64,000 nucleotides of DNA from contig JACQFD010000022.1 of the NCBI GenBank assembly GCA_016200225.1, positions 175,362-239,361 of the forward strand. The letters are read 5' to 3'. Positions 1-8,773 of the stretch are shown piece after piece (within the stretch, counting starts at the first letter, position 1; each line of letters starts with the position of its first letter). The stretch comes from Planctomycetota bacterium (GTDB lineage: Bacteria; Planctomycetota; UBA1135; JACQFD01). Under the pieces are notes generated by a model that worked only from the letters and a program-made list of their open reading frames with translations, was not told the DNA's origin and ran no database searches. A program made the position numbers and the translations under genes.

Positions 1-26
1 GGGCTCTGTAGTAACAAAATTAATAT

Positions 27-869
27 TTAACGATCGACCGACGGGCGCGGTCCGTCCTGCGGCGGCATCGGCGGGCCTCCGGGTCCTCCGAAACCGCCCT
101 GTCCGTTCGGTTGTCGTCCGGGACCGCGACGCCTGCTTCCGCCGCCATTGCCCGGGCGCGGTTGACCGCCGCCAAATCCGCCGGGACCCGGCTGCGGGCC
201 GCGTGGATTGTTATTATTCATATTCGGCCCGTTCGGCGGCCCTTGCGGACCGCTTTCGGATCGAACTTGCGACTGTGCCTGCGGCTGTTGCCCCTGGTTT
301 TGTAGTATTCGATCGAGATTTTCGGCGGCCTTCATTAACATTTCCGCGTGGCGGCGCAGATCGTCGCGAATATGAGCAAGCTTCTGCCTGCCGGCTTCGC
401 CTTCGCGGAGAATCCCTTCGATCACTTGCGGCGGCGGAAGCGGCGGGGGCATCGGCGGACGCATTCCCTCGGGTGGATTTCCGCCCTGCGCACCCGGACC
501 AAAGCCCTGCGGCGGTCCCTGATTTCGATTCGGCGGACCATCGAAACCACCATGATCGGGTCCACGATTCTGCCAAGGTTGCGTCTGCTCCCGAGGCGGA
601 CCGCCGGGGCCACGCGGGTTCGTCGGTCCCTGCGGCGCGCCTTGAAATCTTGGCTGCGTCGGACGCTGCGAACGTCGGCCGCCTCCTCCTCGCGGAACGC
701 CCTGCGAAACCCCTTCGTCGCCACCAACCTGCGGCGGCGGTTGGGGAGGGCCTTGCGGTTGCTGCCACGCGCCGCCCTGCTGCTGCGGCAGCGCGAGAAT
801 TGTTAATAAACCAACGGTCGCAAACGGAATTTGTAAATTCATTGGAATTTTCAAGTTGTAGATCGGCAC
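27..869 (-). CDS. secreted Pro/Gly/Gln-rich low-complexity protein (hypothetical)
   Basis: 280-aa ORF with an N-terminal hydrophobic signal-like segment (MNLQIPFATVGLLTILALP), then long P/G/Q/N-rich low-complexity tracts and one helical stretch (LAHIRDDLRRHAEMLMKAAENLDRI). Several long ORFs overlap in other frames, as expected for GC-rich low-complexity DNA, so the strand choice rests on the signal peptide. Confidence 0.4.
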   Translation of the reverse strand: MPIYNLKIPMNLQIPFATVGLLTILALPQQQGGAWQQPQGPPQPPPQVGGDEGVSQGVPRGGGGRRSQRPTQPRFQGAPQGPTNPRGPGGPPREQTQPWQNRGPDHGGFDGPPNRNQGPPQGFGPGAQGGNPPEGMRPPMPPPLPPPQVIEGILREGEAGRQKLAHIRDDLRRHAEMLMKAAENLDRILQNQGQQPQAQSQVRSESGPQGPPNGPNMNNNNPRGPQPGPGGFGGGQPRPGNGGGSRRRGPGRQPNGQGGFGGPGGPPMPPQDGPRPSVDR

Positions 870-900
870 CGCATTTAAACGTCGAGCGCGGGAGTCCTGC

Positions 901-2532
901 TTACCGTGAAACTGTTTTTTCGGAGGGGGGTTCGAAGAATTTGCTCCGGAAAGCCTTCTGCGCGTCGGTGACCTTCTCCAAGTCGAGAAAGCCGCCGGGC
1001 GCCGGACGTTCGTCGGGCGTGCGATTCATCTTGAGTCCCATCGGTTCGAGGAACGCGTCGAGATCCGGAAACTCGGGGCCATTGATATATTTACTAAAAA
1101 AATCCGCGGCGTCGACGCCCGTGGCGCTTTTAACGATTTCGGGAAGTTCGTCTTCGCCGTAGCCCTTTCCTTTATTTACGTAATTTTCCATCATATAACG
1201 AAGGACGTCGGTGAGGCCCTTTTTGCCATCCGTTTCCTTATGAATGAACAAATCGAGCGCGAAACACGTGACCGCGCCCCGTTCGTACACGCCGACTTGG
1301 ATTTCCATCAATCCGCCGAATCCGCTGATGGCCGTCGACGACCATTTATGTGAAATCGCCGTGATTGCCCTGCGTTCTGACTTGCGAGTGGTCGCGTGAA
1401 TCATCGCGTTTTTCTGCGACATTTCCGCGAAGAACTTTTCCGGCGTTTCGATTTCGGCCTGCGTTAACAATAAAAACGACATGTATTCCGTGCCGCCTTC
1501 GTTCAACCAGATGGTGCCGGTGTCGAGAGGTTTTGTATAATCCGGCTTTTGTAACTTATCGACGTGGATGCGCTCGGCGTTCCAGAGGTGAAAATATTCG
1601 TGCGCGAGGACGTGTTTGATTTCGTCCTTTGGAATTATGCCCGGGAGGAGAATCAACGTCGAAAATGTATGTTCGAGCCCGCCGCCGGCGACGTTCTCGT
1701 TCGAAAATGACAGTAAAAACGCATAGTGATCGTATGGCAACGATCCCATCATCCGTTTGCCGGCCCGCGAAATCTGCTCGCACGTTTCCTTCATATTCTT
1801 CAAATCGCCTTCGCTCTTTCCGTAGCATGCGACGGTGTGCGGCACGCCGTCGACGGCGTAATCTGAAACTAATAACTTTGGCGACATCAAAAACGGCGAA
1901 TCCTCCAATCGATAATAATTCGGCGCTTCGTACGCGCCGTTCTTGTTCTTTGGCATCGGCGACGCGACGTTCCAACTCTCGGGAATGCTGAGCGTGACTT
2001 CCGTCGGGCGGTCGAGCAGCCCGGCCACGAATCCGAATAGCGACGTGGAATTAATAAATGCATATTTCTTCGTGATGCGGTTCGCCTCCATGTCGAGAGG
2101 GTTGATATCAAATCCGCCCGGCGACGAGTGTCGCGCAATATAATGAATCACGACGCGTTTTGAATTTCCGGGATCGATAATCCAATGCCGCGGCTCCTCG
2201 ACTTCCTTCACGACGAGAGGGTGCCCCGCGTCGTCTTCCGCGTCGATGTCCTCGATGAATTGTGCAAATTCGACGAGGTGATATCCGCCGGGAGTCCAGC
2301 GGGGGATCCAAAATTCGAACGGCGCCGTATTGGTTAATTGTACGCCCATCCAGACGCTCCACTCTTTTTTCTTATCATCCATCGCGACGCGATAACGAAT
2401 CGTCTCGCTCCACTGACCGGGGAGTTCGACCGCGACTCGTTGTCTGACGGCCGGTTTGCTCGCGGGCGCGGCGGGCGCCGCCGGTTCCTGCGCGAGGAAA
2501 AGTAATGTTAACGAAAGGAACGCGTTTATCAT
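901..2532 (-). CDS. M61 family glycyl aminopeptidase-like zinc metallopeptidase, secreted
   Basis: 543 aa with an N-terminal signal peptide (MINAFLSLTLLFLAQEPAAP). The motif VLAHEYFHLWNAERIH matches the M61 HEXXHxWNxxRI signature. Confidence 0.75.
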   Translation of the reverse strand: MINAFLSLTLLFLAQEPAAPAAPASKPAVRQRVAVELPGQWSETIRYRVAMDDKKKEWSVWMGVQLTNTAPFEFWIPRWTPGGYHLVEFAQFIEDIDAEDDAGHPLVVKEVEEPRHWIIDPGNSKRVVIHYIARHSSPGGFDINPLDMEANRITKKYAFINSTSLFGFVAGLLDRPTEVTLSIPESWNVASPMPKNKNGAYEAPNYYRLEDSPFLMSPKLLVSDYAVDGVPHTVACYGKSEGDLKNMKETCEQISRAGKRMMGSLPYDHYAFLLSFSNENVAGGGLEHTFSTLILLPGIIPKDEIKHVLAHEYFHLWNAERIHVDKLQKPDYTKPLDTGTIWLNEGGTEYMSFLLLTQAEIETPEKFFAEMSQKNAMIHATTRKSERRAITAISHKWSSTAISGFGGLMEIQVGVYERGAVTCFALDLFIHKETDGKKGLTDVLRYMMENYVNKGKGYGEDELPEIVKSATGVDAADFFSKYINGPEFPDLDAFLEPMGLKMNRTPDERPAPGGFLDLEKVTDAQKAFRSKFFEPPSEKTVSR

Positions 2533-2627
2533 GCTCGTGTTGTATTTAAGTTAATATTAGCGAACGGAGGAATTCGGGCTCCGCGGAGAGAAAAAACGCG
2601 CGGAGCGGCGTCGTTTTGTCGGAGGTG

Positions 2628-3488
2628 TTACGCGGGCACGGCGCGCTCCGCCACTCCCGATTCCGCGGGCACGAGTTCGCGATAGGCGACGGCGGCCGCG
2701 AGCGACACCACTGCCATCGATACGAATACGCCCACGAAACAGAAGAGGATGCCGACGATCAGCACGCCGACGCCGGTGATGCCCAATAGTAATAACTGGA
2801 GGAAATGCCCATTTGACGATTCGAACGAGTCCTGAAGACATTCGAATCCGCCGCGCCGCGGCCGGTCGGCAAGGTGCAGATACCACAGATAAAATTTTAT
2901 ATGAATAAAGACGCCGAGCGGCGGAAAACAGTAAGTGAACAACGCGACGACGTATAACAATTCGCCGAGCAGCGCGTCCTTGAAAGAATCGAAACCATTA
3001 AAAAACCGGCCGAATTCGACGCGTTTTCCGTCGACACGGTCGAGGGCGCATCGATAGATTCCGAGCGTCACGGGCGCCGATATTAAGAATGGAATCGGGC
3101 ACGCGCAAATTAACAAAAAGCCGACGACGATTTGTAATATCATCGTCATGTCGAGCAGTCGCATCGCCGTCCCGAAGCAGCGCCCGATCGAAAGATCGGG
3201 ATTCGGCGAGCGAACGGGCGGCCCGATGCTTTCCTGATGGATCGCAAACAGGGTTTCCGGCCCATAGCCCGTGGATGGTCCGGAAATCGGCGTGTTCGCA
3301 CCGGGCGGACTACCGAAAACACCCGACAATTCCTGCAGCGTCGCGGCCGGCACCCAGAGGCCGGAATGATCGCGTTCAACCGCCATATTCGCGGCAATTC
3401 TCCCTTCCTGCGCCCATTGGATAAGTACGTCGAGCGCCACGGGTCCAAATTCGCGGCCATCGAGGCCGCGAACGCGATAATGTGACAT
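2628..3488 (-). CDS. membrane protein with N-terminal DUF4339/GYF-like domain (hypothetical)
   Basis: 286 aa. The N-terminus (HYRVRGLDGREFGPVALDVLIQWAQEGRI) resembles the DUF4339 soluble domain. The C-terminal half has four or more hydrophobic segments. Confidence 0.5.
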   Translation of the reverse strand: MSHYRVRGLDGREFGPVALDVLIQWAQEGRIAANMAVERDHSGLWVPAATLQELSGVFGSPPGANTPISGPSTGYGPETLFAIHQESIGPPVRSPNPDLSIGRCFGTAMRLLDMTMILQIVVGFLLICACPIPFLISAPVTLGIYRCALDRVDGKRVEFGRFFNGFDSFKDALLGELLYVVALFTYCFPPLGVFIHIKFYLWYLHLADRPRRGGFECLQDSFESSNGHFLQLLLLGITGVGVLIVGILFCFVGVFVSMAVVSLAAAVAYRELVPAESGVAERAVPA

Positions 3489-3563
3489 TTAGGGGAGACT
3501 CGTGGGCGCCATGGTCGCGTGAGATTACCAAACGCGCAATTTCCGGGCAACGCGCACGCTTGC

Positions 3564-3590
3564 GTTAACTGATTCCGGCCGTCGCGCGTC
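3564..3590 (+). promoter_or_regulatory. candidate ECF-type promoter (GTTAAC-N17-CGTC) upstream of the 3612 gene and its downstream ECF sigma
   Basis: An AAC at 3567-3569 and CGTC at 3587-3590 are separated by 17 nt, 21 nt upstream of the ATG at 3612. This resembles the -35 AAC / -10 CGT spacing of autoregulated ECF promoters. It is a weak match. Confidence 0.25.
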
Positions 3591-3611
3591 TTCAAGTCAG
3601 AGGTAAATCCG

Positions 3612-4811
3612 ATGATCCGAACCACTACATCACTAATTATTCTATTCGTGGCCGCGGGCGCGGCATTCGCGCTCGCTGACGACGCGCGACGCGATTCACA
3701 TTATACAGTTCACGAATGGGGAACATTTACATCGCTCGCCGGAAGCAACGGCCGCCAGATCGTCGGCATCACGCACGACGACGAGCCGCTCCCGAAGTTC
3801 GTTTATCATTATGATCAGCAGGAAAAGGGCTTCGAGGGCGTATCGATAAAAATGGAAACGCCGGTTATTTATTTTTACAGCAAGACCGACCGCACGGTGA
3901 ACGTCGAGGTCGATTTTCCGAAAGGCGTTTTGACGCAATGGTATCCTCATATTCGAATGCTCGCGCCCGCGGCGGGACCGGCCGCGCCGGAACTCAAGAA
4001 CGGTAAACTCGGCTGGGGTGAAATTTATATATTTCCGCCCGACGCGGCGCTCGACAAACTACCGAAGACCGGGCCGAAGGAAATATGGAATTTTGCGCGC
4101 GCGACAGATGCTAACGTTGTGCGCGTCTGCGGTCCGAGATCGATGAAAACGGACAACCTGAAGGAGGATCCGAGCGAACATGAAAAGTTTCTTTTCTATC
4201 GCGGCCTCGGCAATTTCGAACTGCCGCTTTTCGCAAATATTAACGATAGTGGAGTTGTTACAGTTACAAATCGCGGAAAGGACGCGCTTGAAGGGACCAT
4301 ATACCTTCGCGTCGAAGACGGGCGGATTTATATAAATGACGCCGGCGCCGTTCCCGGCGGCGACACGATCAACATGCCGGTCGAATTTCCCGAATCGACG
4401 GTCGCCGTCGCCATGGACGCGGTGGCCAAGCGGCTCGTGGCCGCGGGATTATTCGAAAAAGAGGCGCGCGCGATGGTGAACACGTGGAAACATAGCTATT
4501 TTGAGACTCCCGGTTTCCGCATTCTTTATATCGTTCCGCGCGCGCTGACCGATCAGATATTACCGTTGAAACTCGATCCGGCGCCGGAGCAACTCACGCG
4601 AGTGCTCGTCGGAAGATATGATATATTAACTCCACAATCGGAGAAAAAAGCCGCCGAGGAAATCAAGCGCGTCAAGACTGCCAAGGAGGCCGGCATGGCG
4701 CTCGGCCGATTCGCCGAACCGGTGATTCATTATATTCAAGAGACGACAAAAGACGATTCGGTGCGCGCCATGGCGGGCGAATTGATTGAAATGTACAAAA
4801 ATGAAAAGTAA
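3612..4811 (+). CDS. secreted hypothetical protein
   Basis: 399 aa with a signal peptide (MIRTTTSLIILFVAAGAAFALA). No recognisable catalytic motif. The gene ends 12 bp before the ECF sigma start, so it is probably co-transcribed. Confidence 0.5.
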   Translation: MIRTTTSLIILFVAAGAAFALADDARRDSHYTVHEWGTFTSLAGSNGRQIVGITHDDEPLPKFVYHYDQQEKGFEGVSIKMETPVIYFYSKTDRTVNVEVDFPKGVLTQWYPHIRMLAPAAGPAAPELKNGKLGWGEIYIFPPDAALDKLPKTGPKEIWNFARATDANVVRVCGPRSMKTDNLKEDPSEHEKFLFYRGLGNFELPLFANINDSGVVTVTNRGKDALEGTIYLRVEDGRIYINDAGAVPGGDTINMPVEFPESTVAVAMDAVAKRLVAAGLFEKEARAMVNTWKHSYFETPGFRILYIVPRALTDQILPLKLDPAPEQLTRVLVGRYDILTPQSEKKAAEEIKRVKTAKEAGMALGRFAEPVIHYIQETTKDDSVRAMAGELIEMYKNEK

Positions 4812-4823
4812 GATCGGGCCGAC

Positions 4824-5360
4824 GTGAACTCGAACGAGGGACCGACGGCGGCGCTCGCCGCGAGGGCGGCCCGGGGCGACCGGGCCGCCTTCGATGCATT
4901 ATTAGCGTTACATGGACGGGCGATGCTCGCTGTGGCGCGCGCGCACGCGCCGACGCCCGCGGACGCCGAGGAGGTTTTTCAAGAATCGGCGATGCGCGCG
5001 TGGAGTGAATTGAAGCAATTGACAAATCCGGAAAAATTCCTCGCATGGACCTGTTCGATTATACAAAACGCGGCGCGCGACCGCGGACGCCGCGCGAAGT
5101 TGCGCGCGGCCGCGCCGCTGCCGGAACTCCCCGCCCCTACGGAGGAGCCGAGCGAAGGCAAACGGCGCGCGATTCTGCAGGCGGTCGAATCGCTGGAGCC
5201 CGCGCAGCGTGAAGTGATCGAATTGTTCTATTTCGGAGGACTCACCTATCGTGAAATTTCCGAACTTATCGGAAAAAGCGTTCCAACTGTTAATTTAAGA
5301 CTCGCCGACGCCCGCGACGCGCTGCGTGGACGGCTCCATAACCATGCGGATGTGATATGA
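4824..5360 (+). CDS. ECF (group IV) RNA polymerase sigma factor
   Basis: GTG start. Region 2 reads FDALLALHGRAMLAVARAH...ADAEEVFQESAMRAW and region 4 reads LEPAQREVIELFYFGGLTYREISELIGKSVPTVNLRL. Confidence 0.85.
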   Translation: MNSNEGPTAALAARAARGDRAAFDALLALHGRAMLAVARAHAPTPADAEEVFQESAMRAWSELKQLTNPEKFLAWTCSIIQNAARDRGRRAKLRAAAPLPELPAPTEEPSEGKRRAILQAVESLEPAQREVIELFYFGGLTYREISELIGKSVPTVNLRLADARDALRGRLHNHADVI

Positions 5361-6622
5361 ACCGCGAAACCATACAATACTATCTGGACGGCGAAATGGA
5401 CGCCGCGGAACGCGCCGCGTTCGAAGCCGTGATCGCGCGCGATCCGGCGCTGCGCGCGGAAGTCGATCGTTATCGATCGCTCGACGCGGACTTGCGGACG
5501 GCGTACGCGCCGGCGGGCGGCGAAGCGGAACGCGCGATCGCGAATCTTAATATTCACGAAAACATCCGGCCGTTCAAACGCGATCCGCGCAAAGTCGTCA
5601 TCGGACTCGGCGCGCTCGCCGCCGTTTTCGTAGCCGGCGTGTCGATCGGCTTGCTCTGGGCGCCCGCGATTCGCGAAACGCCGCCCGAAACAGGCAAAAT
5701 ATTAAAAACGAAGGCGCCGGACATTGTAAATATTGGAATGTTAACCATTGCGACGGGGCCGTGTTCGTTCAATTTTGGAAAAGGCGAGGCGCGCGCCGCG
5801 GTCGCCGGCGATTTTATACAAAAGGGCGCGGAACTCGCCGTACCGGCGGGCGCGCGCGCGGCGTGCGTCTCGACGGACGGTTCGGAATTGTATTTCGATC
5901 GCGATTCGTCCGCCGTGTGGGACGACGCGCGTTCGTTAATATTAACGAGCGGGCGCGTTTTCGCGAGAATCGCCGGCGGACGTCCGTTTACAATTCGCGC
6001 GGGCGGGGCGGAGATGCTCGCGCAACCGGGAAGTGTACAAATCGAAAATCACGGCGGCGCCGCGGAGTTCATGGTCTATTCCGGCGGTGCCGTCATCGAC
6101 GGCCTCGGGAAGCCGTTTATGTTAAAACCGGGCGGCCGCGCGCTCGCCGCGAAAGGCTCGGTCATGCCCGACGAATCGGGCGACGATTTGTTATTTTCGA
6201 GAGCCTGGGCGCTCGAAATCGACGCCGCCGCGGGCGGACGCGACGCTGCGATCGTTAGTGACTTGGGCGCGATGCTCGACCGACTCGGTCAATCGAAAAT
6301 GCCGTCGGATATTTATAGTAAAGCGTTCAACGAGGCCGCCGCGGCTTGCAAAACGGCGGTCGCGCGATTCTTTACAAGCGACGACGCAATCCTTCATGCC
6401 GAATTGCGCCGCGGCGCCGCGCGCCTGCTCGCCGAAATCGCCGACGAGGGGCTAGCCCCGGTTCTGAGCCGCGGCACGGCCGATTCGGAGTTCGAAATTC
6501 GAAAGACGTGCGTCGGCGGGCTCAAATCGATTGCTAGTAAAACAAAGGGCTTCGATCCTTCGAAATACATCGATCGGAAAGCGCTCGAGGACGACGGCGG
6601 TCCGAAGAAAGTCTTTAAATAG
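5357..6622 (+). CDS. membrane anti-sigma factor (FecR-like periplasmic domain)
   Basis: ATGA overlap with the sigma gene. The N-terminus is a typical anti-sigma helix (YYLDGEMDAAERAAFEAVIARDPALRAEVDRYRSL). One TM segment (VVIGLGALAAVFVAGVSIGLLWA) precedes a beta-rich C-terminal periplasmic domain. Confidence 0.65.
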   Translation: MNRETIQYYLDGEMDAAERAAFEAVIARDPALRAEVDRYRSLDADLRTAYAPAGGEAERAIANLNIHENIRPFKRDPRKVVIGLGALAAVFVAGVSIGLLWAPAIRETPPETGKILKTKAPDIVNIGMLTIATGPCSFNFGKGEARAAVAGDFIQKGAELAVPAGARAACVSTDGSELYFDRDSSAVWDDARSLILTSGRVFARIAGGRPFTIRAGGAEMLAQPGSVQIENHGGAAEFMVYSGGAVIDGLGKPFMLKPGGRALAAKGSVMPDESGDDLLFSRAWALEIDAAAGGRDAAIVSDLGAMLDRLGQSKMPSDIYSKAFNEAAAACKTAVARFFTSDDAILHAELRRGAARLLAEIADEGLAPVLSRGTADSEFEIRKTCVGGLKSIASKTKGFDPSKYIDRKALEDDGGPKKVFK

Positions 6623-6672
6623 ATCCGTCGCGAATTTTCGCGGCGCGCCGCGGCGAGGCGCGGCATAGGCTG

Positions 6673-8769
6673 ATGCGCATGAAACTCGCCGCCGTTTTAT
6701 GTTTAAATTTAATTCTCGCGGCTTCCTGCGCGGCGCGCGAAGCGGCGCCGATGGATTCGGAATTGCGGGAAATCGCGCTGGCGGAGGACGCCCGGAATTT
6801 CGGCGCCGCCGCCTCGGGTGCGCGCTCGGCGCGGTCCGACGTGCGCGCGCGCGCGGCGAAAGCGCTTGGACGTATTGGTAACAAAGACGCGATTTCGATA
6901 TTACAAATCATGGCGGGAGACCGCGACGAACGGGTGGCGACCGAAGCGCTCTTTGCGTGGGGATTGCTCGGCGGCACGGGCGTCGCGGCGGGCGGAGTTT
7001 TTGATAATTTACAAAAAAATCCGTCCGAGTCGGTGCGCGCCGCGGCGGTCGAGGCGCTCGGTCGGTCTTCGGATGCGGCAAATGTGCGTAAAATTTCCGA
7101 CGAATGCCTCGGCGACGCGAGCGCGCGCGTGCGGGGCGAGGCGGCGATTGCAATATTCCGATTATATCAAAAAATCGGCAAACCGCCCCAGGCGGACGAA
7201 CAGTCGGCGGTCAACGACGCGGCCGTGCGGCTCGCGCGCGCCGCGCTGCGCGAAAAAAATGACGACGTCCGCTGGAAGCAGGCGTATGCGCTCCAGAATT
7301 TACGACAAGCGGACGTGTACCCGGCTTTATTAACATTATCGAAAAATACAAATCCGCTTGCGCGGTTGTTCGCGGTTCGCGCGCTCGGCAAACGCCGCGG
7401 CGACGACGATAATAAACAATCCGAAGAATTCGATCAGGCGATCGTCCGACTGCTCCGCGATCCCGACGCGCGGGTGGCGGCCGAGGCCGCGCTCGCGATT
7501 ACACAGAAAAATGCGACGGCCGACATGATTGTGAACCTTCTCGTATTGCAAAATCGCGCGGAATATTTCGTCCGCCGCGCGATGTTCAAGGCCGCGCGGA
7601 ATTTCGGCGACCGGCAAATCGAATTATTTAACAAAACGGCCGGGGAGACTTCGCCGATGGCGCGTGGCGAGCGCGCAATGCTAAGAAAATTGAGTCCGGA
7701 TGAGTATGCTAAATTATTAAACGATCCGGAGCCGATCGTGCGCGAAAAAGCAGTCGACGCGATTGCCGAATTGCCGTCCGGCGCCGCGCTGCCGCTTCTT
7801 AAGAACGCTCTCGAGGATCTTAATTATAGGGTTGCCGCCGCGGCCGCCGCCGCGCTCGGAAAAATCGCCGAACCGGCGGCGCATCGTTTATTATTAAGAG
7901 CCCTCGCGCATCCGCGCGGACTCGTACGCGAAAACGCGGCCGGGTCGCTTGAGGAACACGCGGGACGGGCCGGCTGGGACATGGAGCTGACCGTCCGCGA
8001 ATTATTAAAGTCCGCCTCGACCGCGCGCGGCGACGATCTCGCGGAATCGCTGTCGGGAATCATCTCGGCGATCGAAGCGGTTGAGAAAGCCCGGCGGACG
8101 GACGGAAAAAGTAAGATTAACGAAAACGACGAATCGGAACGCGAACTTCGCGCGCGAATTCGAGTCGTGCTGCTCGACGCGCTCTCGGATCCGGATGTTA
8201 CAGTTCGCGCGAAGGCGGAAAGCGCGTGGAAAACGCTCCTGTCGGCCGAACCAATTCCATCCATTTTGATTCCCGCCGCGCCGTCGCCGTCGATTCCAGG
8301 CGTCAACGCGGATCCTTTCCTGCGCGCGCCGAAAATTCGTATATTTACCAATCGCGGGTCGTTCGACGCGGAGTTATTTCACGACGACGCGCCGGTTCAC
8401 GCCGAGAATATGTTACAATTGACCGAAGCCGGACATTACAATAAAACAGTCTGGCACCGCGCCGAAATGAACTTCGTCGTGCAGGGGGGCGATCACCTCG
8501 GCGACGGCACCGGCGCCCGCGCCGTCTGGGGCGGAACGTTGCGCGACGAAATCAATCAAAAACACTTTGTCCGCGGAACCATCGGCATGCCGAAGAGTAA
8601 CATTAACGATAGCGGCGGCTGCCAGATCTTTATTACACATATTCCGACGCCGCACCTCGACGGCCGCTACACGGCGTTTGGACAAGTAACGACAGGCCTC
8701 GAAATCGTCGACTCCCTCGAAGCGGGCGACCTCATCGACCACATCGAAATCCTCGACTCCGGCCGATGA
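6673..8769 (+). CDS. secreted HEAT/PBS-lyase-repeat protein fused to a C-terminal cyclophilin-type peptidyl-prolyl cis-trans isomerase
   Basis: Signal peptide (MRMKLAAVLCLNLILAASCAA). Repeated (D/E)xxVRxxAxxALG HEAT-like units run through about residue 520. The C-terminus (FTNRGSFDAELFHDDAPVHAENMLQL...WHRAEMNFVVQGGD...GTG...GGCQIFITH) is cyclophilin-like. Confidence 0.8.
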   Translation: MRMKLAAVLCLNLILAASCAAREAAPMDSELREIALAEDARNFGAAASGARSARSDVRARAAKALGRIGNKDAISILQIMAGDRDERVATEALFAWGLLGGTGVAAGGVFDNLQKNPSESVRAAAVEALGRSSDAANVRKISDECLGDASARVRGEAAIAIFRLYQKIGKPPQADEQSAVNDAAVRLARAALREKNDDVRWKQAYALQNLRQADVYPALLTLSKNTNPLARLFAVRALGKRRGDDDNKQSEEFDQAIVRLLRDPDARVAAEAALAITQKNATADMIVNLLVLQNRAEYFVRRAMFKAARNFGDRQIELFNKTAGETSPMARGERAMLRKLSPDEYAKLLNDPEPIVREKAVDAIAELPSGAALPLLKNALEDLNYRVAAAAAAALGKIAEPAAHRLLLRALAHPRGLVRENAAGSLEEHAGRAGWDMELTVRELLKSASTARGDDLAESLSGIISAIEAVEKARRTDGKSKINENDESERELRARIRVVLLDALSDPDVTVRAKAESAWKTLLSAEPIPSILIPAAPSPSIPGVNADPFLRAPKIRIFTNRGSFDAELFHDDAPVHAENMLQLTEAGHYNKTVWHRAEMNFVVQGGDHLGDGTGARAVWGGTLRDEINQKHFVRGTIGMPKSNINDSGGCQIFITHIPTPHLDGRYTAFGQVTTGLEIVDSLEAGDLIDHIEILDSGR

Positions 8770-8773
8770 CCGA

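Noticed and set aside
203-1162. Long plus-strand and alternative-frame ORFs (203-1162, 214-768, 348-806, 422-727) overlapping the 27-869 gene.
   Set aside because: GC-rich low-complexity DNA generates open frames on both strands. They overlap the well-supported M61 gene or each other and carry Arg/Ala-rich 'antisense-like' composition. Only the frame with a signal peptide was kept.
5761-6258. Arg-rich ORFs embedded in or antisense to real genes. Examples are 5761-6258, 6818-7333, 14488-15108, 16489-17238, 25499-26173, 25915-26640, 30228-31037, 35558-36238, 41690-42262, 47017-47754, 47891-48625, 54371-54979, 58303-59229 and 60759-61700.
   Set aside because: They show typical high-GC frame-shadow composition (R/A/G-rich, no motifs). 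They overlap confidently identified genes and have no independent start or stop context.
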